A DNA stretch of 64,000 nucleotides from Clostridia bacterium (GCA_009929525.1 SAAH01000003.1:13650-77649), one strand, 5' to 3'; counted from the first letter of the stretch, positions 49,148-58,307 are shown. Notes: a model not told the origin generated them from the sequence alone. A program made the numbers and translations.

Positions 49148-51334
49148 TTATTGGTGGTTGTCAGTGGAACGAAGCGGATAGGTAGTACCCTGTTCACTTC
49201 CGGTATATTGAAAGGTATAGTGGAGGATCCTATCATCGCTTTTTATCATCCAGTATATGTTTGCCAGTTCCAGATTACTGAATCCATCTGGATTGTTTTG
49301 GTTGTGAATTTGGAGTAATGCGCCTGCATCCCCGCCTTGCTCTAATACGATTAGGTTATTGGGACTGTTCCACAGAACATTCCAGCCACCACTGCCACAC
49401 ATCCAACCACCGTATAGTTCGCAATCAGCCAGATCACCACTCTGCTGTTCGGATACGCCCAAAATAGAAGGTTCGCTATTGGAATATGGTAATATGGTAA
49501 TATATTTCGCACAAAAGTTATGAGATAGGCATTGATATGGCCCATCGGCAGAACCATTTTCTGTTTGAACATATAAATAATCATCAAAATATTTTGGATA
49601 CTGCAGAGAAAAAGTGGCACTGGTTAATGTTGACATATCTGTATAATCATTGAGATTAATAATGTAATTCGTTTCCTTAGTGCTGTTCCAACTTTCAGGA
49701 TCGGGTACCCAACCACCAAAAAAACTTATATCGCAATAGGAAGTAGTAATAGAACCTAAATTGATTGCCTGATCTATCCAGTCATAAAAGGAAGCACCAG
49801 TATAGATATTATTTTCATGAAATGATTTATCTGTGGCGCTGTATTGGTAAGTGCGCTGCCCGGATGACTCAGTGTAGTCAGATTCTTGAGCATATGGTGA
49901 ATCATGTACTACAATAGTGTTCCCAGACAAATACAAAGCGTGAAAAGTGCTATCTTGTGTTGTTGTATCAAGCTTATTATTCTCTGTAAAAGGCAATGAA
50001 GCGACCGATGACCAATTTTGGTCTTTATCTTGTTTAAACACTTCAATGGTATAATCGTATCCGTATTCTTCGTTTGGAGATAGAATTAAAGCAACCGTTT
50101 CATTTTGCCCGTCCGAGTCAATATCCGATTCAGCTGCAGAAATACAACCAGTAGGAACCTTCACGAAAGTATCTTCTGAGATTAGTTGATTCCCAATATA
50201 TTCATATCCAATTTGTTTTGCAAGACGAGCAGAAGAACTGCCGGCTTCCGAAGTAGATTCTTCTGGTGCAGTAGGATTTGTATCGTCAATATCATCTAAA
50301 GAAGATTCAGAGCTATCTGTGGAAGTACCATGATCTGCAGTATTTGCTACATCATCAGTTACATTTTCTGTTTGCTGAGTTTTATATAATCGTTCAGCCA
50401 GACGATATCCTCCATATCCAGCACCTCCGCCAAAGACACAAACGGCTGTAACAATGGCGAGTATCTTTCCGACGCCTAATTTTGCTGTAGCAGATGTTAT
50501 GATTGTCTGTTGTGGAATTGCATTTCCTGCCCAATTGTGTATTTGCACCGGAATTTGATTGCCATTTGCAAACTGCGGGTTTATACTTGAGGTAGGAACT
50601 GTATTTGGTATATGCTGTACCAGATTTGCATACGAAGCAACGCTGGACATTGCCGGTTTTGCTGGCGTGTAGAGCATATCGTACATCCGCAACAGCCATA
50701 TAAAGAATGGAATTGGTGCAAGACCGTGGAGATTTACGCCCTGTGTCTTTAGCTCTTCCACTCGAGACATTATTTTCTTTTTGGCATAATAAATGTTACT
50801 CTTAGCGGTGCCCAGCGGAATTTCCATTTCTTCTGCAATTTCTTTTGTGCTATAAGACTCCTGCCAGAGCAGAATGCAGGCCCGTTGTATTTCCGGCAAG
50901 TCACCCAGGATAGAATCCAGTATTTCTTTGGTTTCCTGTGCATCCATTTGCTCCTCCGGAGTCTTGAAATTAGAGTATTCAGACGCAGAGAGCGTATCAA
51001 GACCTTTCTGGTCATCTTCGGATGTTATGGGTCGATATTCGGTTCGTTTTGTAATTCGTTCTTTACTTTTTAGTGCATTGACAGCTCGGCTGCGGCAAAT
51101 AGTCAGCCCCCAGCCAATGAAATTCAGTGGATCGCGCAAATCAGCCAGGTGCTCATAAATATAGAGATAAACCTCCTGGAGAACATCATCAGTCTCAAAC
51201 TCAGTTTTCATATACTTCAATGTTTCTGATTTGAATATTTGTATGGATTGGTTGTAGATAAATTGAAAAGCATCCATATTTCCGTCTAAAAATTCGTGGA
51301 TGCTATCCGTAAAATTAATTCTTGTGCTTATCAT
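49148..51334 (-). CDS. sigma-70/ECF-like sigma factor fused to a transmembrane segment and a large extracytoplasmic domain
   Basis: Region 2 (DDVLQEVYLYIYEHLADLRDPLNFIGWGLTICRSRAVNALKSK) and region 4 HTH (LPEIQRACILLWQESYSTKEIAEEMEIPLGTAKSNIYYAKKKI). These are followed by TM helix ILAIVTAVCVFGGGAGYGGY, a Ser/Thr/Asp linker and a ~420-aa domain containing a DIDSDGQNE Ca-loop-like motif. Confidence 0.75.
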   Translation of the reverse strand: MISTRINFTDSIHEFLDGNMDAFQFIYNQSIQIFKSETLKYMKTEFETDDVLQEVYLYIYEHLADLRDPLNFIGWGLTICRSRAVNALKSKERITKRTEYRPITSEDDQKGLDTLSASEYSNFKTPEEQMDAQETKEILDSILGDLPEIQRACILLWQESYSTKEIAEEMEIPLGTAKSNIYYAKKKIMSRVEELKTQGVNLHGLAPIPFFIWLLRMYDMLYTPAKPAMSSVASYANLVQHIPNTVPTSSINPQFANGNQIPVQIHNWAGNAIPQQTIITSATAKLGVGKILAIVTAVCVFGGGAGYGGYRLAERLYKTQQTENVTDDVANTADHGTSTDSSESSLDDIDDTNPTAPEESTSEAGSSSARLAKQIGYEYIGNQLISEDTFVKVPTGCISAAESDIDSDGQNETVALILSPNEEYGYDYTIEVFKQDKDQNWSSVASLPFTENNKLDTTTQDSTFHALYLSGNTIVVHDSPYAQESDYTESSGQRTYQYSATDKSFHENNIYTGASFYDWIDQAINLGSITTSYCDISFFGGWVPDPESWNSTKETNYIINLNDYTDMSTLTSATFSLQYPKYFDDYLYVQTENGSADGPYQCLSHNFCAKYITILPYSNSEPSILGVSEQQSGDLADCELYGGWMCGSGGWNVLWNSPNNLIVLEQGGDAGALLQIHNQNNPDGFSNLELANIYWMIKSDDRILHYTFQYTGSEQGTTYPLRSTDNHQ

Positions 51335-51526
51335 ATTCTGTCCCCTCGCAGTAAATAAGTTTTCGTTCCTGATAGTAAATTAGAAAATTGGTTTCAAAAA
51401 TACCACCTTCTATAGTAGTATAAACTGTATTACAAAAAGTTGCAAAAAAATTTGAAAAATAAATCCGGATAAGAGCTTGGATTGTCTAGTTAGTATAAAA
51501 AGAAAAACAAAGGGAGAGGTAAAAAA

Positions 51527-51889
51527 ATGTCAAGAGAAAAGAAACAGGTTTTGGTTTTGGATATTATTGCAATTGCAGTATGTTTTCTTGGATTTGTTGT
51601 AACAGGAATGTATCTATCCAATTTTGTGGGATCAATAATTTGTATGATCGGATATACACTGTCCATAATTATAGGTATTGCCTACTTTGCAGGCGATGTG
51701 ATCCGCTTTATTGGCAGAAAGTTTGCAGAAGGAAAAAATGATGTTATTCAATCTAACAGTCCTGTGTCAATGCATCCGGAAACGGATAACATAAGCAGTG
51801 GTACGAAAAATAATTTTTGTAGATTCTGTGGGCAGAAACTGGAAGACGAAAATGTTCTATATTGCCCAAACTGTGGAAACAAACAATAG
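51527..51889 (+). CDS. two-TM membrane protein with a C-terminal zinc ribbon
   Basis: Hydrophobic N-terminal half. C-terminal CRFCGQKLEDENVLYCPNCG (CxxC-x12-CxxC). RBS AGGGAGAGG. Confidence 0.6.
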   Translation: MSREKKQVLVLDIIAIAVCFLGFVVTGMYLSNFVGSIICMIGYTLSIIIGIAYFAGDVIRFIGRKFAEGKNDVIQSNSPVSMHPETDNISSGTKNNFCRFCGQKLEDENVLYCPNCGNKQ

Positions 51890-51919
51890 GATTTATTACA
51901 AAAATGGAGGATAGTAAAG

Positions 51920-52549
51920 ATGGGAAAGGCAATCAAAGCAGTATTGAGTATAATTATCGGAGTTGCGTGTATTACAATTGTTTTTTGTTTATGGAAAGCA
52001 TCATCACATCCAATGAAACAAAGAACAAATGATGTAGAGAGTTTTATTGAGAAAAACAATGTAAACAGCAATGATGAGACTGCACAAGAGGATAATCCGC
52101 CAGTTGAACCAGCAGAACAAGAGGATAATAAGGAAGAGAGTCAAGAAAACGATAGTTCTTCGGCTGAAACAGAGAATACGGATAGTGATGAGGCAACGGA
52201 TGGCCAAAGCGTGGGTGCAACAACCACCTGCTATGGGGGAATGGTAGAGTTTACTCTGCTGGAAACAAATCAGGAAAGTAACACAATAACGATACGTATC
52301 CAGAATAATTTGGGCGAAGAGGTCAGAACCTTTGGATTACCGTCTGTTGTAGTAGATGGAGAAAGCATTCAATTAGACCAATTTGCCAATATGTCAGTTT
52401 CTCAAGTAGGCATTGTGGCAAATTCATATGCGGATATTACATATACTGTGGATGCGAGTGTATTCAATGGTACAAGTAGTATTACAGGAAAAATGTGGGT
52501 TATGGATGCATCGAAGCAGGATAATATATTTAGTTTGAATATTCAATAA
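51920..52549 (+). CDS. membrane-anchored protein with an acidic linker and a beta-rich C-terminal domain
   Basis: N-terminal TM/signal anchor AVLSIIIGVACITIVFCLW, an E/D/N/S-rich linker, and a ~110-aa beta-strand-like domain. RBS GGAGGA. Confidence 0.6.
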   Translation: MGKAIKAVLSIIIGVACITIVFCLWKASSHPMKQRTNDVESFIEKNNVNSNDETAQEDNPPVEPAEQEDNKEESQENDSSSAETENTDSDEATDGQSVGATTTCYGGMVEFTLLETNQESNTITIRIQNNLGEEVRTFGLPSVVVDGESIQLDQFANMSVSQVGIVANSYADITYTVDASVFNGTSSITGKMWVMDASKQDNIFSLNIQ

Positions 52550-52638
52550 GTTTAGAAAAATTAAGAAATGGACCTTTACCATAAGAGAAAAATTCAATTG
52601 GAAACCGTTGAATAAAGGAAGGGTTGGAGGAAGTCAGT

Positions 52639-53970
52639 ATGAACACAAAGAAAACTCAGAAGAATCTTATCATGATCATTGATGATTCTGAGATGGAACG
52701 TGCGTTATTGAAAAAGTACTTAGAAGATGATTTTATCACAATGGGATGTGAGAGTGCAGAAGAAGCACTTACCTATCTGGAAGAGCATCCAGGAGCTGTA
52801 AAACTTATTCTTGTCGATTATTTGATGCCTAATATGAGTGGAATGGAATTTTTGAAGATATGTCAGGAGCATGAGGAGTGGAAATATATTCCTAAGATCA
52901 TGATAACTTCCAATGACCGTCCAAAAGATCAGATCCAGGCTTTTAGGGCAGGAGCATATGATTTTATTAATAAACCGCCAGTGCCGGAAGTGGTAAGAGC
53001 ACGTATCCACCATGCAATGGATGTGATCGGACAGTTGAAAAACTCGATAGATGAAGGAAGGATTTATCGCCGGGAGGCAAAGGTAGATAAAGCAACAGGA
53101 CTTTTGAATAAGATTTCTTTTGAACAGGAGATAGAAGAAAGTCTGAAACATTCGCCATCAGAACAAAAAGCTTTGATGGTTATAGATATTGATGATTTCA
53201 AAACGATCAATGACTGTTTCGGACATATACAGGGAGATGAAGTGATCAAAACCGTTGCAAATGTATTGGTGGAAAATTTCCGAAGTACAGATTATGTGGG
53301 AAGATTTGGTGGTGATGAATTTGTTGTTCTGATCGATTCGTTGACGAGAAAAACGATGGCAAAACGTAAGGCAGAAGACATTATCAAGGCAGTTAGCCTG
53401 CAATGTGAGAAATCATTGCACATCAGCACTTCTCTTAGTATTGGAATCGCATATTCTGAGGAGAATGATGATTTTGAGGAATTGTTTTCCAGAGCCGATC
53501 AGGCACTTTACAAAGCTAAAAATACGGGAAAGGGGAAATCTGTAGTATATGGAGAATATGTGCCGGAGATTGAAGATAATGATAAACCGCTTATTTTGGT
53601 ATGTAGTTCGGATAGTCAGCTGTTTACTTCAGTTGCTTTGGCCTATGGATCCGATGCAGGATTCATCCATGCTTCAGATTACACAAAATTGAAAGATTCC
53701 TTTTCAAAATATAAAGACAGAATCCGGGTGGTCTGTATTTCCATGAAGGATATAGAACAAGAGGATTCAAAACAATTTGGAGAATATATCAAGAGACAGG
53801 GAGGCGGAACTGCTATTCCTCTGATTGCGGTTGGGCAGGAAGGAGATATGAAGCAGCTCCGGGATGCAGTGGATTTGGGAGTGAATGATATCCTTGCATG
53901 GCCACTGCAGGTAGACGTGGTTCAAAGAAAATTCTCCAGAGCCATATTATCCACTATAAATAGAAAATGA
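52639..53970 (+). CDS. response-regulator diguanylate cyclase (REC-GGDEF-pseudoreceiver)
   Basis: Receiver domain (IMIIDDSE, LILVDYLMPNMSG, MITSN...KP), a GGDEF domain with RFGGDEF and an RSTD I-site 5 residues upstream, and a C-terminal receiver-like domain lacking the phospho-Asp and Lys. ATG 52639 lies 8 nt after GGAGG. Confidence 0.85.
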   Translation: MNTKKTQKNLIMIIDDSEMERALLKKYLEDDFITMGCESAEEALTYLEEHPGAVKLILVDYLMPNMSGMEFLKICQEHEEWKYIPKIMITSNDRPKDQIQAFRAGAYDFINKPPVPEVVRARIHHAMDVIGQLKNSIDEGRIYRREAKVDKATGLLNKISFEQEIEESLKHSPSEQKALMVIDIDDFKTINDCFGHIQGDEVIKTVANVLVENFRSTDYVGRFGGDEFVVLIDSLTRKTMAKRKAEDIIKAVSLQCEKSLHISTSLSIGIAYSEENDDFEELFSRADQALYKAKNTGKGKSVVYGEYVPEIEDNDKPLILVCSSDSQLFTSVALAYGSDAGFIHASDYTKLKDSFSKYKDRIRVVCISMKDIEQEDSKQFGEYIKRQGGGTAIPLIAVGQEGDMKQLRDAVDLGVNDILAWPLQVDVVQRKFSRAILSTINRK

Positions 53971-54060
53971 TGAAATTCAAGGTGTGATTCGTGGAAAGTA
54001 CTCTGTAAGTGCAGGAAGTAACTTTGGTTGATTTTCCTGTGAGTCAGCCATTTTATCAGT

Positions 54061-55224
54061 CTATTTTGGAGGATCCGTTTTTATCAGCTTAAAATTCTTA
54101 TGTGACTGCTGATAATTTCTAATAAAAGTACTAAAATATTCCGGTTCTGATATGATCTCATGAGCCTGAAAAGTACTCATTTCTCTCAACTTTAACAAGA
54201 TTTTGACGCTTTCATCGGCAGTCCAGTTCTGCACACTGTCGCGAATGGAGGGCTCTGAAAAGATATAATATGTTTTTTCTTCCTTGGGGATCAGGTCATT
54301 TAGTTTGTATCGTTCATTGTGAGGAGAATCCTTCTCCTTCTCAAAAATCTCTTTTTCAACCATGATAGGGCCGGTATTAAGTGACAGGATGCCCCTGAGA
54401 AGATCCTGATCGTGCTTGTCAGACAGATCCTGGGGTACGCGAAAGAGGGCAAGCTTTTGGAATAATGGCTTGTGTATTTCATTCAGCGATACGGTAAGCA
54501 TACCGGCAGTGCGATAGTATAACACATCTTTGCTGAACTCTTTATATTCAAACATGATAGCCATATTGCGGCGTGCAACAGAATCCGATATAAAGCTGTA
54601 GGCGATTTTTGTATTCTCTATCAGATACAATTTCCCAGACAAGACAAATTTATCCAGATCTTTTTGATCATAGAAATCTCGTATACTTGACTGTTCTGTT
54701 AAGATCACCTGGGGTTCTCCATTAACAGTAGTGATCTTTATCTTGGCTTCTTCTATCACAGAACCTGAGACTGGTGTTTTTCCTTCAAGATCAACGCGGT
54801 CGAAGTGTTTTGCTTTAAAGTAATAAGCGTAATATTCTCCCTCATAATATTTACTTATGGCGTTGGAAATCCCAGAATTTTTTTCTTTTTCATCTTTGAT
54901 AAAACTCCATGGACGTTCCAGCAAAATAGACGGTGTGGCTGGAAAATCACAGAGGGTTGACAAAGGAATCTGAAGCATCTGTGTTAAGGCTACTAACTCC
55001 GGGAGTTTAATCTCCCGGTCTTTGGTATTGTCAAACATGATGCGAAGCTTTTGCTCTGAGGTTGGAAAATGATAGATGGCTTCCATTTGTTCTGCAAGTA
55101 TGCTGAAGTTTATATCAAAACCATTGTCTCTAAAGTTCTTCAGCCAGTTTGCCAGGCGCTCGCTGACCAGCTTGCTGTAATTAATATAATCGTATGACTC
55201 TTCTTGTCTGTTTTCTTTATTCAT
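54061..55224 (-). CDS. protein with a probable N-terminal XRE-like HTH and a large uncharacterised C-terminal domain
   Basis: The segment LAEQMEAIYHFPTSEQKLRIMFDNTKDREIKLPELVALTQMLQIPLSTL fits an XRE-type HTH pattern. No motif was recognised in the remaining ~290 aa. RBS GAGGGA. Confidence 0.55.
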   Translation of the reverse strand: MNKENRQEESYDYINYSKLVSERLANWLKNFRDNGFDINFSILAEQMEAIYHFPTSEQKLRIMFDNTKDREIKLPELVALTQMLQIPLSTLCDFPATPSILLERPWSFIKDEKEKNSGISNAISKYYEGEYYAYYFKAKHFDRVDLEGKTPVSGSVIEEAKIKITTVNGEPQVILTEQSSIRDFYDQKDLDKFVLSGKLYLIENTKIAYSFISDSVARRNMAIMFEYKEFSKDVLYYRTAGMLTVSLNEIHKPLFQKLALFRVPQDLSDKHDQDLLRGILSLNTGPIMVEKEIFEKEKDSPHNERYKLNDLIPKEEKTYYIFSEPSIRDSVQNWTADESVKILLKLREMSTFQAHEIISEPEYFSTFIRNYQQSHKNFKLIKTDPPK

Positions 55225-55467
55225 ATCAATCCCTCGTTATTATAAAAATCGTGACAAAATCCTATGAGAATCAAAAAAACTAAATCCTGATAAAAGTGTA
55301 GCATAAAAATTGCTTCAAGTAAATTATGGATAATCGAAAAGCAATCATTTGTAATTTTAGAAAAGTAACATATGTAATTGAAAGTGATACTATTAGTGTT
55401 ATTGATGAAATATCGTTTGCTGGTTATAGTATAACTATCAAAAAACAAGTCCAAGGAGGATTCCAAG

Positions 55468-55509
55468 ATGAATAATAGGGTATTTGTAGAAAGGGAAAAG
55501 AAATGGTAA
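55468..55509 (+). other. 13-codon upstream ORF (MNNRVFVEREKKW) overlapping the PHP gene start
   Basis: Best SD in the region (AAGGAGG 55453-55459) lies 8 nt before ATG 55468. Its stop TAA 55507-55509 overlaps ATG 55503 of the downstream gene, out of frame. Confidence 0.3.
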
Positions 55510-56510
55510 AAGCAAAACGTACAAAAGCAACAACTCCAAACATGGGCAGAAAAGTCCTGGAATTCAAAGCAAGAGAACACGAAGACGGGAATACTAAAAT
55601 AATTTCTCCAAAAATCGATCTTCACGTACATACAAGTCTTTCAGATGGACTAAAATCACCGGAAGAGGTGATAAAACTGGCTGCCCAAAAGGGGATTGGA
55701 GTATTGGCAATAACGGATCATAATATAATGCATCCGGAACTCGTACCTTTGGGAGAAAAGTATGGGGTGCGTGTATTGATAGGAAGCGAAGTGTCAACGA
55801 TCATCACATTACAGAGTGGGAAACGTCAGGAAATCCATATTATTGCATTGGATTATGATCCTGATAACAGTAAGATGAAGGATATGCTTCAGAAAAACTT
55901 TTGTAACAGAGAAGAGTACCTGAGGGGCATCCTTAAAAAATTAGAGTCAAAAAAGTTTTATATTTCCTATGAGGAGTTAAAGGATGAATTTCCAGATACG
56001 TTGTTTTTGGCAAGATCGCATATTGCATATATGATGAAGAAAAAAGGGTATATCAGCGATACAGAAGAAGCATTTGATAAGTACATAGGCAATTACCAGG
56101 TGACACCTTGCTATATCAATCCTGCCGAGGTCAATCACTATGCAGATCTTGAACAGGCTGTTAAGGCGATCCTGGATGCAGGAGGAAGACCAGTCCTTTG
56201 CCATCCCTTCTATTATCCTGTCTCCAGGGAGGAAATGGAAGAGGTATATCAAACCTTTAGCCGGGCATGCGGCAGACATCGGGGAGCGATGGAGGTATAT
56301 TATGGATCCTACAGCAGGCAGCAGATACAGGAACTTCTTGAGGTGTGTCGGGAATATTCATTCTTGCCGTCAGCAGGCAGTGATTATCATGGAAGAGATC
56401 ACCAGACCCTAAACGGCTATCCTTATGAGATCTGGGAAGGGCTGAGCAAAGGGTCAGCATATGGATTAAATAAACCAGGAAGCAAAAAATCACCAAGCTT
56501 TTGGATATAG
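55503..56510 (+). CDS. PHP-domain phosphoesterase (TrpH/YciV-like)
   Basis: PHP motif I IDLHVHTSLSDG and AITDHN, with later His/Asp motifs (CHPFYY, GSDYHG). A basic N-terminal extension. Alternative start at ATG 55542. Confidence 0.8.
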   Translation: MVKAKRTKATTPNMGRKVLEFKAREHEDGNTKIISPKIDLHVHTSLSDGLKSPEEVIKLAAQKGIGVLAITDHNIMHPELVPLGEKYGVRVLIGSEVSTIITLQSGKRQEIHIIALDYDPDNSKMKDMLQKNFCNREEYLRGILKKLESKKFYISYEELKDEFPDTLFLARSHIAYMMKKKGYISDTEEAFDKYIGNYQVTPCYINPAEVNHYADLEQAVKAILDAGGRPVLCHPFYYPVSREEMEEVYQTFSRACGRHRGAMEVYYGSYSRQQIQELLEVCREYSFLPSAGSDYHGRDHQTLNGYPYEIWEGLSKGSAYGLNKPGSKKSPSFWI

Positions 56511-56512
56511 CA

Positions 56513-57133
56513 TTAGTGCTGATAATAAAATACGGCAACCTGTGTACGGTCGCGCAGCTCCAGCTTATCGAGGATAGAACTTAGATAATTGCGGACAGTT
56601 CCCTCGCTGAGAAAGAGCTGGGCGGCTATTTCTTTGTTACTGAGGCCGTCAGCAATAAGCCGGATGATCTCAAGTTCACGTTCATTGATACCTTTTGAGG
56701 CATAGTCAAAGGAAGAGGCAGAGGCCAAAAGGTCAGGAATCTTCTTAGTGATCTCTGTTCCAAATACAGTCTGACCACTGTAAACTGCCTTTATAGCAGG
56801 TACGATACTTTCATAATCTTGTTTTAAAAGGTAGCCTTTTGCACCGATCTGGAGTGCTTTTACAATATATTCATCATCAGAAAATGTGGTGAGAAGGAGG
56901 ATCTTCGCATTAGGAAACTGGGTCAGGATCTTTTTTGAGGCTTCCAGACCACTCACCTGTTTCATCTGGATATCAACCAGCAGTACGTCGGGCTGGTATT
57001 CTTGATATAATTTTATCGCATCGGAACCATCACTTCCTGTTGCAAGTACCTGGATAGATTCATTCGCATTTAGTATGGTCTCAAGAGAAGCGGCAACAAG
57101 AAAATCATCATCTACAATTACAAGTGATATCAT
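56513..57133 (-). CDS. NarL/LuxR-family response regulator
   Basis: Receiver domain (LVIVDDD, VLLVDIQM, LLTTF...KA) plus a LuxR HTH (LSNKEIAAQLFLSEGTVRNYLSSILDKL). Confidence 0.9.
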   Translation of the reverse strand: MISLVIVDDDFLVAASLETILNANESIQVLATGSDGSDAIKLYQEYQPDVLLVDIQMKQVSGLEASKKILTQFPNAKILLLTTFSDDEYIVKALQIGAKGYLLKQDYESIVPAIKAVYSGQTVFGTEITKKIPDLLASASSFDYASKGINERELEIIRLIADGLSNKEIAAQLFLSEGTVRNYLSSILDKLELRDRTQVAVFYYQH

Positions 57134-57168
57134 AAATATACCTCATTTCTTTCATCTTACAGACAAAA

Positions 57169-58266
57169 TCAATCATTATTTCCGGATGTTTGCCAGAGGA
57201 TCGTATTGTCTTTCGGGATAGTGATAAAGATACGGAATCCATTTTCCTGGGTGATCTGGATACTTCCTTTGAGACTGTCCACCCGATCTTTCATATTAGA
57301 CAGCCCGATGCCCTTTCCATAAAGCTCCCCTTTCGTTGTTCCATTATCATGGATCAATAACTGATAAAGTCCAGGATGTTCCCGTTCGAGAATATTAACA
57401 TGAGTGGCATTACTATGCCGCTCAATATTGGCGAGCCCTTCTTTTAGGATGGCTATGAAGCAATATTTGACCTCACGTGGAATGGAATCTCCCATATCAT
57501 AATTACAATCAATGGAACAAAAGGTAAACGACTGTACCAGATTTTGAGTTGCTTCTTTGAGGTTTACCGACTCATCATGGAGATCGTGGACGCTGGTACG
57601 GATGTTGTTCATCGCAGTATCAAGAGTTTCAGCCAAGGTGCCGAGAGAAGGACCTAAGGTCTCGTCTTTATTGATCGTTCGTATAGCACCGAGTAAAAGG
57701 ATGGAGCGGGAAAGAATATGCCCCACATTATCATGGATCTCTCTGGCGATACGGTTACGTTCTTTTAGGGTTGCGTTATAGATTTCATAATCCTGCTTCT
57801 CTAAAAGATGTTTATTCTTTTCTTCCAGAAGCAGATTCAATTCAGTACTGTCATCACGGGTTTTTTGATAAAGTTGATGCAGTTTCGTATAGGATGATTC
57901 ATTATAGGCCAAATAACAGGATATGACGATGCCCAGACAAAGAATCCAAAGCAGATCATCTCTTCTGTTAAAATGTCGCAAAAAGCAACTTGCAGCAAGA
58001 AGAAACAATGCAGGATAGCTGTGATATTTCATTGCATCATATCCAAGGACCGGAGCAAAATAAAGCAACTCAGGAAAGAAAAAAGATGCAATAGAAAACA
58101 GACAGGTAGATATCTGGCTGTATAGTTTGTGATTGCAGAAGTAAATGGATGTTGTAAAAATAAGAGAAATCAGCAGGGACACAACAAAAAGCATGTCTGC
58201 TCTTACAAACATGATCATAGATAACGAATACATAAATAAGATTGCCTTACTGAATAATTGATTCAT
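57169..58266 (-). CDS. HisKA_3-type sensor histidine kinase with a polytopic membrane N-terminus
   Basis: H-box ARELHD-like IAREIHDNVGHILS and ATPase motifs (NIERHSNAT, GKGIGLSNMKDRV). Start ATG 58266 follows GGAGGA. Confidence 0.85.
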   Translation of the reverse strand: MNQLFSKAILFMYSLSMIMFVRADMLFVVSLLISLIFTTSIYFCNHKLYSQISTCLFSIASFFFPELLYFAPVLGYDAMKYHSYPALFLLAASCFLRHFNRRDDLLWILCLGIVISCYLAYNESSYTKLHQLYQKTRDDSTELNLLLEEKNKHLLEKQDYEIYNATLKERNRIAREIHDNVGHILSRSILLLGAIRTINKDETLGPSLGTLAETLDTAMNNIRTSVHDLHDESVNLKEATQNLVQSFTFCSIDCNYDMGDSIPREVKYCFIAILKEGLANIERHSNATHVNILEREHPGLYQLLIHDNGTTKGELYGKGIGLSNMKDRVDSLKGSIQITQENGFRIFITIPKDNTILWQTSGNND

Positions 58267-58307
58267 AAATATATATCCTCCAATTTCATTATAGCTTTCA
58301 GGCATTT

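Noticed and set aside
49148-52549. Sigma-fusion region as a compositionally distinct horizontally acquired island
   Set aside because: Spot counts of G+C in several 60-nt lines (about 40-43%) are not clearly different from neighbouring ppdK (about 43%). There is no flanking tRNA, repeat or integrase. This needs a proper sliding-window analysis.
55221-55631. 136-codon - strand ORF across the HTH/PHP divergent region
   Set aside because: It spans an AT-rich promoter region and the 5' end of the PHP gene. Its composition is F/I/C/N-rich and it has no RBS.
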